A stretch of 64,000 nt of DNA from Vicugna vicugna (Eukaryota), in the NCBI GenBank assembly GCA_013265495.1, contig MU058475.1, positions 372,001-436,000 of the forward strand, in the 5' to 3' direction. Below are positions 37,476 to 50,722 of the stretch, piece by piece. Within the stretch, counting starts at the first letter, position 1. Each line of letters starts with the position of its first letter. The position numbers and the translations under genes are program-made. Under the pieces are notes generated by a model. It did no database searches and was not told the origin of the DNA. It saw nothing but the letters and a program-made list of their open reading frames with translations.

Positions 37476-37485
37476 AGACGTGGGA

Positions 37486-38240
37486 CAAATGATAAATGCT
37501 GGAGAGGGTGTGGAGAAAAGGGAACCCTCCTACACTGTTGGTGGGAATGCAGTTTGGTGCAGCCACTATGGAGAACAGTATGGAGATTCCTCAAAACACT
37601 AAAAAGAGACTGACCATATGACCCAGCAATCCCATACCTGGGCGTATATCCAGAGGGAACTCTTAATTCAAAAAGATACACGCACCCCAAAGTTCACAGC
37701 AGCGCTATTTATAATAGCCAAGACATAGAAGCAGCCTAAATGTCCATTCACAGGTGACTGGATAAAGAAGTTCTGGTAAGTTTATACAGTGGAATAAAAG
37801 CCATAAAAAAAAGAATAAAATAATGCCATTTGCAACAACATTGTCATTCTAAGTGAAGGAAGCCAGAAAGAGAAAAAAAAAATACCATATGATATCACTC
37901 ACATGTGGAATCTACAAAAAGAAAAAGAAGACACAAATGAACTTATTTATAAAACAGAAACAGACTCACAGACATAGAAAACAAACTTACGGTTACCAGG
38001 GGATAAAAGGGGTGGAAAGGGATAAACTGGGAGTTCGAGATTTACAAGTATTAACCACTATATATAAAATAGATAAGCAGGTTTCTTCTCTACAGCACAG
38101 GGAACTATATTCAATAACTTGTAACCTATAATGAGAAAGAATATGATACAAATATATGCATATTCATGTATGACTGAAACATGATGCTCCACACCCGAAA
38201 TTGACACATTGTAACTGACTATACTTCAATTAAAGAAAAA
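37486..38240 (+). mobile_element. Young 5'-truncated L1 (ORF2 end plus 3'UTR)
   Basis: aaatgctggagagggtgtggagaaaagggaacc; TSD core acgtggga (37478-37485 / 38245-38252). Confidence 0.92.
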
Positions 38241-39002
38241 AGGCACGTGGGAGATGAGCCACACGGAGAGACCCTCTTTCCTCAGACACTGGTGTGAAGG
38301 GCAACCCTGAGACAGAGATCTTCAGGTGGAGGGGAAATCTGGGGAAAGTCAGGTTAGAGAGCCCGGTTACCCCGCAGGCAAAGGGGAAAAGGGAGAAGAG
38401 GTGAGGGCTGGCCTTGGAGAGGTTTACAACACAGCAGTGCTGCAGGTGGGGGGCTGTGAGGGGTACCCTCCCCCCAACAAGGTGAGAGTGAGGGTCCCCC
38501 TCACAGGCCCATGGTTTTCTCTGGCACAGTTTGCCAGCCAGTAAGCAGGATGAGGACAGGTGGGAGGCGAGGCTGGCAAACCAAGACGTTTAAAGAGCAA
38601 AGTTGGCAAGAGAGGGACTCTGTGTTCTGTAGTTCATTTACTGGCTCCTGACTAGTTGCTCCTGGAGCTGGCTGGACGCCTGGTGAGTCTTTCTCTGCAG
38701 GAGGATTTGGGGAGGGGATCAGAGGTGCCAAGACCGGTCAGGCTTGTGTTTCTGCAGAAGTGTGGGTGTGTAAGAGGGGGGGTGTCTATTAATTGTTCAA
38801 GTACCTTTCTTCTTGGAAAAAGCTGAGTTCCGTGCCTTTCAAATCCTGCTGAGAGATGTGATTTCCCCAACACTGAGCGCTATACCCCGAAGGCATCACC
38901 TGTGTGGTATCTCTGGCTTCGAACTGTTCATCACAACACACAGCGCACCATCAACAATACATACTGTGTAGAGTCGTGTTCGTATTTATCTTTTAAAAAT
39001 TT

Positions 39003-39296
39003 TTTATATAAAACAGAAACAGACTCACAGACATAGAATACAAACTTGTGGTTGCCGGGGGGCGGGGGTAGGGACAGACTGGGAGTTCAAGATTTATAGA
39101 TACTGACAGGTATATATAGAATAGATAAACAAGTTTATACTGTATAGCACAGGGAAACAGAGTCAAGATCTTGTAGTAGCTCATGCTGAAAAAGAATATG
39201 AAAATAAATTTATGTATATTCATATATGACTGAAAAATTGTGCTGTATACCCAAAATTGACACAACACTGTAAACTGACTATAACCCGATAAAATT
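39003..39296 (+). mobile_element. Young L1 3' tail
   Basis: acagaaacagactcacagacatag...; flanked by ttttaaaaattt repeats. Confidence 0.88.
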
Positions 39297-39344
39297 TTTT
39301 AAAAATTTAAAAACACTTTTGAATTTTAAAATTTATTCAATTAC

Positions 39345-39551
39345 TTTTTTTTTTTAAGTACAGTCAATTACAATGTGTCAATCTCTGGTGCACAGCACAA
39401 TGTCCCAGCCATGCATATACATACATACATTTGTTTTCATATTTTTCCATTAAAGATTATTGTAAGATATTGAACAAAGTTCCCTGTGCTATACAAAAGA
39501 AACTTTTTTTAAAATCTATTTTTATATCTAATGGCTAACATTCGTAAATCA
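39345..39551 (-). mobile_element. Young L1 3' tail
   Basis: Poly-T then antisense tail; TSD tatttatctt (38983-38992 / 39552-39561). Confidence 0.88.
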
Positions 39552-39569
39552 TATTTATCTTAAATGGTT

Positions 39570-39725
39570 TTAGGGCATAGACCTCTCTGAAACCTGATAA
39601 ACATTATTCTTTCTCTCCTTAGAAAGAAAATGTACAGATGGCTATGTACAAAAATCTGCATAACATTTCAGGGAATTCACAGATTCTCTGAGGCCAATGG
39701 GTGGATCGCTGGGGCTCTCCAAGAT
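39570..39725. mobile_element. hAT-Charlie-like DNA transposon fossil
   Basis: aaaatctgcataacatttcagggaattcacagattctctgaggcc. Confidence 0.55.
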
Positions 39726-40645
39726 GAAGGTTTTCACAAAAATGTTGTAAGAAAGTAACGGACTCATCCTGGGAGGCTGAGGAAGGTTCTGGAGGTGTCA
39801 AGCAGGGCCGGGTTTTGGAGGATGGCCAGGATTTATGCTCTTGACCCAGCTGCTGGCAGATCCTGCTGATCCCGGGAACAGGAATCTGGAGTGAAGGCGA
39901 TCTGGGGCGTGGGAGCCACTGCATCTGACTGGCCTCCATCCCTGAATGTGCTCTTTCACTGGTGGCTTCTGTCTGGGAGTGGGCTGGGCTCCCTGGCATG
40001 CAGGTAAGTGGAGCAAGGGGGCTTGGGGCTCTGGAAACCCTGATGGATAGAAATACATGGTTTTCATCGCTTAACCAGACCTCCTGGTGGAGAGAGACTT
40101 GCGTGGGACATGGAGGTAGGGGTGTCTCTCCGTGGGAGTGTCTGTGCTGTGTGAGCCCATCTGTTTTGATTTGGTTCTCAAGCCATGGATTCATTTAACA
40201 GATGCAGCCCTTCAGTGGGTTCAGCTTTCTGTTCCTCCATCAGGCACCCATTTAGAAGAGGCTGGGCTGACTCTCCGCTTGTTTGGCTTTGAGGAATGGA
40301 AAATGTGGTTCTTTTAACATCCCTCCCTTCAGCAGGTGGTTTGGGAGTGGGGGCAGGGATGGCCAGAGCCTCACTGAATAGCTGCTGGTCTTTTCCCATC
40401 TTTGTTCCTCTTTCTCATTACTCCGCTGACAGCTGCCAGCCCCTGGGGAGGACTGGGAATGTTAGAACAATTGAGTTTCTCTGCTTCGCCCCATTGGCGT
40501 CCAATAAGCTGACGACTCCGTCTGGCTCCAATTCATCCCCTGTAGGATGAGCTGCTGGCAGTGGGGATGGCTGGGGCAAAGCTATTCAAGTGCAAGATTT
40601 AAATCAGCTGGCAGATACTTCTTTCTCTTTTCAGCAAGCAAATCC

Positions 40646-40648
<3 letters not shown>

Positions 40649-40676
<28 letters not shown>
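40649..40676. repeat. (GT)n microsatellite
   Basis: Direct reading. Confidence 0.95.
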
Positions 40677-41159
40677 CTGTGTGCCCAAGTACATACACTC
40701 CTGACAATCTTACTTCTGCTTTTCCTACTTTAAATAGGAAGGTTCAGGAATTTTCCGATAAGTGGCATTAACAAATCATACCTGCATTCCCACTGCACCT
40801 TATAATTTTTAAAGCACTTTCGCAGCTGTGACTTCATAATGGCCCCGGGAAGCCAGCACACCAGGCATCATAATAACTGTTTTGCACATGAGCAAACTGA
40901 GATCCCTGGATATAATTTTGTCATTATCACACTACTAAAAACGCCATTCTAGAAATGTTCTTCTGCAATCTAAGTCATACGCTTTGAAGGAAGAGTTTCA
41001 TCTTCTTGGCCTATCTGTGACTTAGATCTTTAATCTTCAAAATCAGAGTGTCTTACTGCAGACATTGCTGTTGGTTTTCACTTGGTCTGGAAGGAAAAGA
41101 AGCTGAGGTCGTATTTTAAGCCATATTATCCTCAGGTTAGTCAAATAAAGAATATTAGA

Positions 41160-41362
41160 AGCTAATTTTTTGAGCTTTTACTATATGCCAATACCAATTT
41201 AAGAGAATGATGCTAATTAACATACTTAGTTCTCATAGCGACACTGTTACATGTATTTTATAAGTGATGGAAAGAGGCATAAAAGGGTTAAGTAACTTGC
41301 CCAAGGGCACACAGTTAATAGGATTCCACATTTGAGCCTAAGCAGTTTGAGTTCAGAGTCTG
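41160..41362 (-). mobile_element. MIR SINE
   Basis: gggttaagtaacttgcccaagggcacacag. Confidence 0.88.
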
Positions 41363-41935
41363 AGAGAGTATTTGGACTCAGTATTTAGGTTCATTAGACA
41401 AATCAATAATTTAGAAGAGTGGGACTAAGAATAATTTATTCTACTCAGGCCGTGGGTCAAAGCGTTTGGCCTGTTTCTTTCTTTGAGAGTGAGGGTGGAT
41501 TTTCATCTCCAGTGGTGACAGAAGGAAGTTTGGAGAAGGCTTTTTCCATTGAGATCAACGACAGAAGCTGGAAAAAATATGTTGTATACATAATTTGAAG
41601 GCAATGGAGAGCTACCAGAGCAGTGAAAAGTTGCTTGGTTGACATGAAAAGTTACCTGGTTAACATTCAGAAGAAGGGAACCCAGACAAGTGAGCAAGAT
41701 GTTCAGCTTCCCTGGAAACGTCTGTGGTTCTACAGAGGAGGCTAAGAGTTGAGCCAGGTTAGGAGGACATGTTCACTCACATTTCAGCTCACCAGCGCAG
41801 GTAGCCACAGCAAACCCCTTAGGTTTTGAGTTGGGTTGCACCCTATGTGTAAGAGTGAACTAGAAATAGATCAGTTCCCACAGGTTCTGAACCCCAACTT
41901 TGAATCATCTCAACCTACATATTGGTGGTGGGGGT

Positions 41936-42057
41936 GGGTGGGGATAGCTTCGTGGGAGAGCACCTGCCTAGCAGGTACAGGGTCCTGAGTTCAACCTCCA
42001 GTACCTCCATTTAAAGATAATTAAGTAAATAAACCTAATTACCCCTCCCCCAAAAAA
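41936..42057 (+). mobile_element. Camelid SINE
   Basis: ggtcctgagttcaacctccagtacctcc; aaataaacctaattacccctccccc. Confidence 0.88.
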
Positions 42058-43396
42058 CCCTGTGTATGATTTAAGTTCACTAGGATTGACAGTGCCCCTA
42101 CCTACCTGCCAGAAGCAAATATGAATCTTCCTTAGAGAAATGTAGCATCACCCAGAGCTTCAAATTATCTTTAAACAATTTCACATCAATGTCAGGGATC
42201 TAAATTTTAAAATAGCAGGAATTCAAAGGGAGGGTCCAGCTTGATTTAAAAAAAAAGTACAGGGGAAATTATAGATAATGGCAGCCGACCCACAGGTGAT
42301 CCAGATAATGAAATTATCTAATATGGATTTTAAACTTATTGTGTTTAATTTGTTCAAGGAGAGACAAGACAATTTTGGGAATTTTGGCAGAGAGCTGAAA
42401 GCTATAAACATAACTGTGTAGAAAGTTCTAGAATTGAAAAACACAATGACTGAAATTAATACTCAAAGGATGGATTTAGAAACAGAGCTTACGAGAGGAT
42501 TATTGAACTTGAAGATATGCTGTTAAGGAATAAATCAATCAACAGAGTCAGACAAGAAATGATCCAGATGTTAGAATTATCAAACAGGACCCTATAAGCT
42601 ATGACTGATGCATTAAATAATCTAACGGAAAAAGTGGACAACGTGCATGAACAGATGGAGAATTTTAGCAGACAGGTGAAAATGATTTTTTTAAGTCTAA
42701 GGGAAATGCTAGGTATGAAAAACCCCATAATATCAAAGGTGAATTCCTTTCCCAGGTTTAAAAGAGAACAGGACATTGAGGAGGAAAGAATCAGTAAAAC
42801 TTGAAGATAGGTCAACAGAAATGATTAAAACAGGACAAAAATGAGGGAAATGAAAAAAATCCCACAGCATCAAGAGCTGTGAGTAAAAATAAAAATAAAA
42901 ACAAACACACACACAAAAATGGAGTCCTAGTAGGAGAGGAGATGGAGAAGGAGGGAGAAAGGGAGATAATAGTTGAGATAACAACTGAGAATTTTCTAAA
43001 AATAATTTTAAAACAACAAAGCACAGATACAAGAAATTCAAAGAATCCTAAATAGGATAACACACACACACACAGACATTATAATCAAATTTCTGAAAAC
43101 CAAAGATGAAGGGAAAATGTTTAAAAGCAGCCAAAGGAAAAGGTAACATTAAATACAATAGAAGAAAGATAAGATTAGCAAGCGGACTCTTTTGTCAGAG
43201 AGCAGGCAAACCGAAACATAATAGAGCAACATCCGTAAAGTACTAAAAGAATAAAAAGTCAACTCGGAACTCTACATCCAGTGAAAATGTCTTTCAAATA
43301 TAAAGGCCAAATAAAAAATTGTTTTAGACAACAAAAGCTTAGAGAATTCATTGCCAGGAGACCGGAACAACAAGAAATGTTAAAGAAATTCTTGAG

Positions 43397-43471
43397 TATA
43401 GGTATAACTGAATCACGTTGCTGTACACCTGAAACTAACATTGCAAATTGACTACACTTCAATAAAAAAAA
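43397..43471 (+). mobile_element. Tiny L1 3' tail
   Basis: Poly-A; TSD agaaattcttgag / agaaagttcttgag. Confidence 0.85.
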
Positions 43472-44853
43472 GAGAAAGTTCTTGAGGCAGCAGATGATAC
43501 TAGATGGAAATAAAGAATGCTAGTATTACACACACACAATAATGTTGAGCTCTAGAAATAGTAAAAATAAAGGTAAATATAAAACAATTTTTTTAAATTT
43601 TGCATGGTTTTATAAGAAAAGTCACTGTCTAAAAGTTTATAGCATATGTAGAAGTTAAATGTAAACAAAAATAGCTCAAAGGATAAGGAGAAAATGGAAA
43701 TAAAATGTTCTTACAAGATTCTTACACTATACCTAAAGTGGTCTAATATTATTTGGAAGTAGATCCTGATGAATTAATGCTATATATGGTAATCTCCAGA
43801 GTAAGAATGAAATAAGTTATAAAAGAGGTATAACTAATAAGCCAATATTGGATATAAAGTAAAATCATACAATAAAATTTTAATACAAAAAGAAAGGAAA
43901 ACAGGAAAAAAAGGGGACCAAAAGACAAATGGGACAATATGAATAATATAGTTGATTTAAATCCAACCATATCAATAATTACATTAAATGTAGGTAAACT
44001 GAATACCACAAATTAAAAGGCAAAGATTGTCTGACTGAATAAAAAAGCAAGACCCAATGATATGCTGTCTATGAGAAATGAATTTAAATATAAGTAAATA
44101 TGTAAGTTAAAGGTAAAGGAGGAAAAAGAGATCCTATGCAAAGACTAATCAAAAAAGTGGAAGTGGCTGTATTAATATTAGAAAAATTACAAAAAAATGG
44201 ACTGTTTTCATTAAAAAAAATGACTGTTGCCATGGATAAAGACATTACATAATAAAATGGGACAGGTGATCAAAAAGGCATAATTCCAACTCTGTATGCA
44301 CATAATAACAATACATAAAGGAAAATCTGATAGAAGTAAAAGTCATACTTGGATACTTTAATACTTCTCTGTGCTTAATTAAAAGAACAAGTAAATAGAA
44401 TATTAATAAGAATTTAGGAGAGCTGAACAAGACTATCAGCCAACTTGAGCTAAGTGACATTTACAGAATGTTCAACCTGACAACAGCAGAGCACGCATTC
44501 TTTCCAAGTGTGTAGATTCTTTTCAAATGTATGCATAAAACATTCACTAAAATGGATTATATTCTGTGCCATGAAACACGTCTCAAAAATGTTAAAGAAT
44601 TGAAATCTTATAAGCATGTTCTTTAACAACAGAATTAAACAGAATCAGTAACAGAAATATATCTGGAAATCTCTGAATAGTTTGAAATTAAATAACATAC
44701 TTCTAAATAACATATGAGCCAAAGGAAAACTCAAAGGGGGATAAGAAAAATGTAAATCAAATGACAATGAATGAAAGAGATGACATAACTACAGATCCAA
44801 CAGACAAGAAAGGGTTAATGAGGGGGAAATGTGGAGTTACTGTTCAGTGAATA

Positions 44854-45391
44854 TGTTCCCTAGTCCAAACTCGCTCTGCTCGCCACATGACAGGCCAATA
44901 AATCAGGAGACGAGGTGTTGGGGCAAGGAATAGAGACTTTACTTGGAAAGCCATCAGCTTGAGAAGATAGCAGACTAATGTCCTGGAGAACCATCTTCCC
45001 CAAGTCAGAATTCAGGCTCCTCTTATACTAAAACGGGGTGGGGGTGTGGTTGGTTGTTACAAACTTCTTGGTGTAGGAATTCTTTATTCTTGGAATACTT
45101 TGTTCTTGCAGCTGTCCACGTGGGTCAGGTCATGGTGCCCCTGCAAAACCTCTAACAAAACAAACGTTATTTTTCTATTCTGCAACTTGTTATCTTTATA
45201 TAAGGGCAAAAGTGTTAATATCCTTAAAGGTCAAAGCCTTGTGAATAAACTATCCTGTCTATTTCAGGCTAAAGGAGCATTCTTTTACAAAAGGTGCAGA
45301 GCCCGCAAGACTAAGCCTAGAAAACAGGGCACAGGGCTAAAGCCAAAGGAACAGATCTAATGTGGAGTCAGGTTTGTTCTTTTCTATTACA
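44854..45391 (-). mobile_element. ERV1-class solo LTR (copy 2, same family as 19411-19930)
   Basis: TG...CA ends; flanks aata/gata; reverse-complement homologue of copy 1. Confidence 0.92.
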
Positions 45392-48154
45392 GATATAAAG
45401 TTTCAGTCATGCAGATGAATAAATTCTAGAGATTTACTGAACAAAATTGTGCCTATAGTTACATTAGTGTATTGCATTTTAAAAATCTGTCAAGAGGGTA
45501 GATCTCATGTTAAATGCATGATGTACAATCATATGAAAATAAATTCAGCAACTTAGATGAAGTGGACAAATTCCTTTGAAAACACCAAATTACCAGAGCT
45601 CAGTCAAGAAAATGTAAATACATAACCTGAATAGCCCTTTATCTATTAAAGGAAAAAATTCGTGTTTAAAACCTTTCCATTAGGAAAATTCCACATCCGT
45701 GCTCCACTGGTGAATCCTACCAATTAAGAAAGAAAGAATACTGATTCTCCATAAACATTTCCCAGAAAATAAAAGAACAGGGAACCCTTCCCAACTCATT
45801 CTATGAGGCCAGAATTACCCTGACACCAAAGAAAGACCAAGATCTTATGAGAAAAGAAAGCCACAGACTAATATCCATGATGAAAAGAAAGGCAAAATAT
45901 TTAATAAAATATTACCAAATTGATTTTACAATACATTTTAAAAGACCAAGCTGGGTTTATCCTAGAAATGCTTGGTTGGTTCAACATTTAATAACTGATT
46001 ATTGCAATTCACCCAATCTACAGACTTAAAAAGAAAGAACATACACGATCATTTCAATAGATGCAGAAAAAAACATTTGAGAAAATTCAGCTTCCACTTG
46101 TGATTAAAATACTCAGAAAACTAGGAACAGGGAGGAAATTCTTCAACTTGACAAAGGGAATCTATAAGAAACCTACAGCTAACCTCATACATATTTAATG
46201 GTGAACGACCGAATGCTTTACTCCTAAGATTGAAAAAGGAAAGGATGTTTGCTGTCACTAATTCTATACAACCTTGTACTGGAGACCTTTGCCAGCACAA
46301 TAAACCAAGGCTGTGAAACAAAAGGCATACAGAGTGAAAAGGGAGAAATAAACCTGTCTTTCATCATAGGCAGCTCTCTCTTTGATGTAGGAAATCTCAA
46401 AGAATCTACAAAAAAGCTGGAATTAATAAGTGGATTTAGCAAGGTTATAAGATAAAAGTCAATACAAAAATCAATTTTGTTTCTTTTTACTAGCAGCAAA
46501 CCATTGGAAATGGAAATTTAAAACACCATGTATGATAGCATCAAAATATTTAATATTTAGGGATAAATCCAACAAGATGGGTAAAACTTGGATACTGAAA
46601 ATTATAAACCATTGCTGATAGGAGTTAAAGATCTAAATAAACATATAGGTATATCATGTTTGTGAAGAGGAAAACTCAATTTAAACAGGATGTCAGTTCT
46701 CCCCAAACTGATCTACATATTCAATGTGAGCCAATCAAAATCTCAGCATGACTTTCATTTCTGTAGAAATTAAGGTGATTGTAAAATATATTCGAAATAT
46801 AGTAGTTTTGGGAAAAAAAAGTTAGAGGATCTCCAACATCTGATTTCAAGTTTTACTATGAAGCCACAGTAATCAAAAGAATGTGGTTTGGGCATTAGCA
46901 TAAACAGGTAGGAACAGAGTGTCTAGAAATAAAGCCACACACATATGGGCTATTGGATTTTGACAAAGGTGCCAAGATAATCCAATGGAGAAATGACAGT
47001 CTTTTCTGCATACTTTTAAAAGAACTTGAACACTTACAACATATACAAAAATTAACTCAAAATCATAGACCTAAATGGAAGCATTCAACTAAAGAATTTA
47101 TAGAAGAAAGTATAGGAAAACCTTTGTCACTTGGGTTAGGTAAAGTATTTTTAAGTAAGACACTGAGAGCATGAACCAGAAAAGAAAAAGAAAAGATAAA
47201 TTGGACTTCATCAAAATTTTAAATTTCTGCTCTTTAAAATAAAAAAATAAGCCGGAGACTTGAGAAAATACTTCTAGAACACATATCTGATAAATGACTT
47301 GTATCCAAAGATATATGTGACTCCAATTAAATTATAAGACAGCAATCCTATCAAAACTGAACAAAAGATTTGAACAGATATGTCACTAAAGAAGTTCTAT
47401 GTACAGCAAATAAGCACATGAAAAGATGCTCTGTAATTTTTTTCATTAGAAAAGTGTGTATTAAAACCTCCAAAATAAAGTGCTTTTTTTTTTTTTTCAA
47501 ATTTACACTATCAAGTATTGGCAGGACTCTGCTGGTGATAATGGAAAATGGTACAGCCACTTTGGAAATGTTTGGTCATTTCTTACAAAGGTAAAGATAC
47601 ACTTCCCTGTGACCCAGCAACGCCGCTCCCAAGGACTTAGCCTTCCTAGCTATTTACTCCCAGGTACGTCCACTTAAAGACCTGTACGTGAGTGGCTTCT
47701 GTCACCTTTTCCTAATAGCCAAATGGGGAACAACTCAAAATGACCGTATTCCGATGACTGGGTAAAGCAGTTGGGATACTTGCCTTTGCTTGACTAGCAA
47801 CACACGATGACTCTCCCAGACACTGTGCTCAGTGGAAGAAGCCAGACTGAAAAGACTTGAGTCCCTTATGCAGACCTTGTGACTCCATTGGTGTGTCATC
47901 CTGGAAAAAGCAAAATGGCAGGGACAGGGAGCTGAGCACTGGTTGCCTGGGACTGGGACAGAAGGGAGGGAACTGACCACCAAGGAACACGAGGCGACTT
48001 TCTGGCAGGACAGGAGTGTTCTGTGGACTCACTCTGGTGGTGGTTTCACAACTGCATACCTTTGTGAAAACTTCCAGAACTATACACTTAAAAAGAATGA
48101 ATTCTATTCTTTGTAAATTATACCTTCAAAATATTATTTTAAAAATACATTAAA

Positions 48155-49990
48155 AGATTCATTCCACAAAGAAAATTGCAGTTCTGGATGACTTCACTTT
48201 GCCAAATTATACCAAATATCTAAGCAAAAATAATGCCTATCTAAAGAAAATAAAAACTCTTGCAAAAGAAAAGAAAAAGAAAAAGAAAAAGAGGGAACTT
48301 CTTTTAACCTGATTTATAAAGCCAGTGTAACTTTGATTCCAAAATCCACAAAAACAGTACCCCTATATATAAAACTTGTAGATCAGTCTCACTCATGAAT
48401 TGTCCAACCATTCTAAATGAAATATTAGCAAACCAAATCCAGCAATACATATAAAAAAGATAGTACATCATTAGCAAGTTGGGTTTATTTCAAGAATACG
48501 AGACAAACTTTACATTTGAAAATCTATCAGTGTAATTCACTACCTGGGCTAAAAAAGAAAAATCATACAATTATCTCAATATTTGCAGAGAAAGCACTTG
48601 ATAGCAAACTGTATCCACTTAGAATTTTTAAAAAACTCTTAGCAAAACCAACAAAAAAAGGCAAAGTTCTTCATCTAATATTATTTTAAAACCTACAGCA
48701 AACATTATACTTAAGAGTGAAATATGAACAGCTTCCCCTCCGAGGTCAGGATAAGGATGTCTGTTACCACCACCACCATTTTCCATTTTATTGGTGGTTC
48801 AAACCAATGCAATAAAGCAATAAAAATAAACATAAGATATAAAAATTGGAAGGTAAAATTACAACCGTCTTTTTCTCAAATAGTATAACTGTCTCTGCAG
48901 AAAAGAGTTTCAGTTTACAAACAGATGATTGCAACAAATTGCCAGATGCAAAGTCAACAGAGAAAATACAAAAATAATTGTATTCTTACATAGCAGCAAT
49001 AAACATAAAAGAAACTTTAAAATAGATATTATAGATAACAGTGCATTACATCACAAAGAACCAAATTATATGATTTAATAAAAGATATTCAAGGCAAGGA
49101 AGCAATATTGAGAGAAACTAAAGAATATCTAAATAATTGGAGGGAGGTACAATAATCGTAAATTCGAATACATCAGGAGATAGGAAGAGACAGAGGAATG
49201 GAGAAAATGTGGAGAGCTATTATCCTCAAATTTGATTGACAGATTCAGTCAAATGCCATTAAAAATCCCCACAGCTACGTATGGGTGTGTTTCTGTGTAG
49301 AAGCTGACAGGCTCCTTCTAAAATCTGTGGAGAAATGCAGACGTCGCTGCATTCTCAGAAGCACAGTGGGAAGGAATTACTTTATCCACACTTAGTGTAA
49401 AGCTAGAACAAGTGGTAGCAGGTAAGAATGGACAGATAAACCAGTGGAACAGAATATGGTCCAGAAACAGATCCATGACTCTCTGTGTGCAGAAGGAGCG
49501 CTGCCAAACGAGAAGGGCAAACAAACTTCCAGTCATTGATGCCGCAACAGTCTGGTGTTCAAATAGGGGTAAGATGAACGTTGACCATGCCTACTACCTC
49601 ACACTGTATACAGAAATAATTCCCTGTGGATTATAGATTTAAGTGTGAAAAGTAAAACAAGAAAGCCTCATGAACATACGCAGGGGAGTTTCTCTGTGAC
49701 CCTGAAGTAGGTAAGAATTTTTTTAAATATATTTTTATTTGTTTACAGAGGTACAGGAATTGAACCCAGGACCTTGTGCATGCTAAGCATGCGCTCTGCC
49801 GCTGAGCTATACCCTCCCCTCCCACCCCCAAGGATTTTAAAAGACACAGAAACCAGTGACCATAAGGAAAGGGATGATAAATAACACCACGTTAAAATTA
49901 AGCAGATGCTGATCATTGATTTAAGTGTGAGCATTACTACCTGGCAATCTTTATAGAAGTAGTGAAAAGATAAAAGAGTTTTGCCCTTTT
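48155..49990 (+). mobile_element. Older L1 ORF2 fragment (L1ME-like)
   Basis: aaatattagcaaaccaaatccagcaatacat, aacctacagcaaacattatactta, ccagtggaacagaata. Confidence 0.85.
49722..49820 (-). mobile_element. Camelid SINE
   Basis: ttgaacccaggaccttgtgcatgctaagcatgcgctctgccgctgagctataccctcccc. Confidence 0.9.
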
Positions 49991-50674
49991 TTTTTTCTTT
50001 CTTTCAGTGTCTGTAATTCTGAGCCCACAAGGAAACAAGGAAGAAACCTTCCCCAGACTGTAAGGAGAAATGCAGGAATGACAGGAGGCAAGGATCGTAA
50101 AACACACTGTCATCTGGGTCACTCAGCTTTCCATGGTCTTCTGGGTCCAAGATGAGCAGCTTGCCTTTCCATAAACCTTCTCCACACGCATCAGACTCGC
50201 TCAAGGTTTCTGCCCCATGTCAATGGGCCATGGGTCTCCCAAAATAGCAAACGTTTTAAATAGCAACCTGGACGAGTTTGAGACACAGAGGGTGAAAGTC
50301 AGCAGTTCCGACCGAAGAAACCAGGGCAAGTGCTGGGTGTCACACTTCAGCGACATTCCACAGAGGTCAAGTGCCGAGTCACTGGCGATGTGTAGTGCAA
50401 ATGGCATGTCGAATTGAGCCGGGATTTGGATCAATGAAGTCATTATCTAAGTAACGTTTTTGAATGTAAGAGGAGATGTACAGACTTCAGGAGTGAGGTC
50501 CTGGAATCTTCCCTAACTTCAGAGCGGGTGACTAGAATGTTGATGCTGCCTTGACAAATAAAATTCCCAGGTAATTTTATTCCTCCCCGATATACACTCA
50601 CTTTTTTTTTCTTTTTCTTCTCCCCTCTCACTATCTCTTTCTTTTCACTCTCTTACATTCCATTTCTCATTTTC

Positions 50675-50675
<1 letters not shown>

Positions 50676-50721
<46 letters not shown>

Positions 50722-50722
50722 G
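50676..50722. repeat. (TTTC)n microsatellite within a CT-rich tract
   Basis: Direct reading. Confidence 0.95.

Larger units (their letters stand above)
41490..48150 (+). mobile_element. Long degraded L1 (5'UTR, ORF1, ORF2, 3'UTR), multiply interrupted
   Basis: ORF1-like EKVDNVHEQMENFSR; ORF2 motifs tatgctgtctatgagaaa, cccaactcattctatgaggccag, gatgcagaaaaa, ttgacaaaggtgccaag; 3'UTR gtaaattatacct. Confidence 0.88.
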
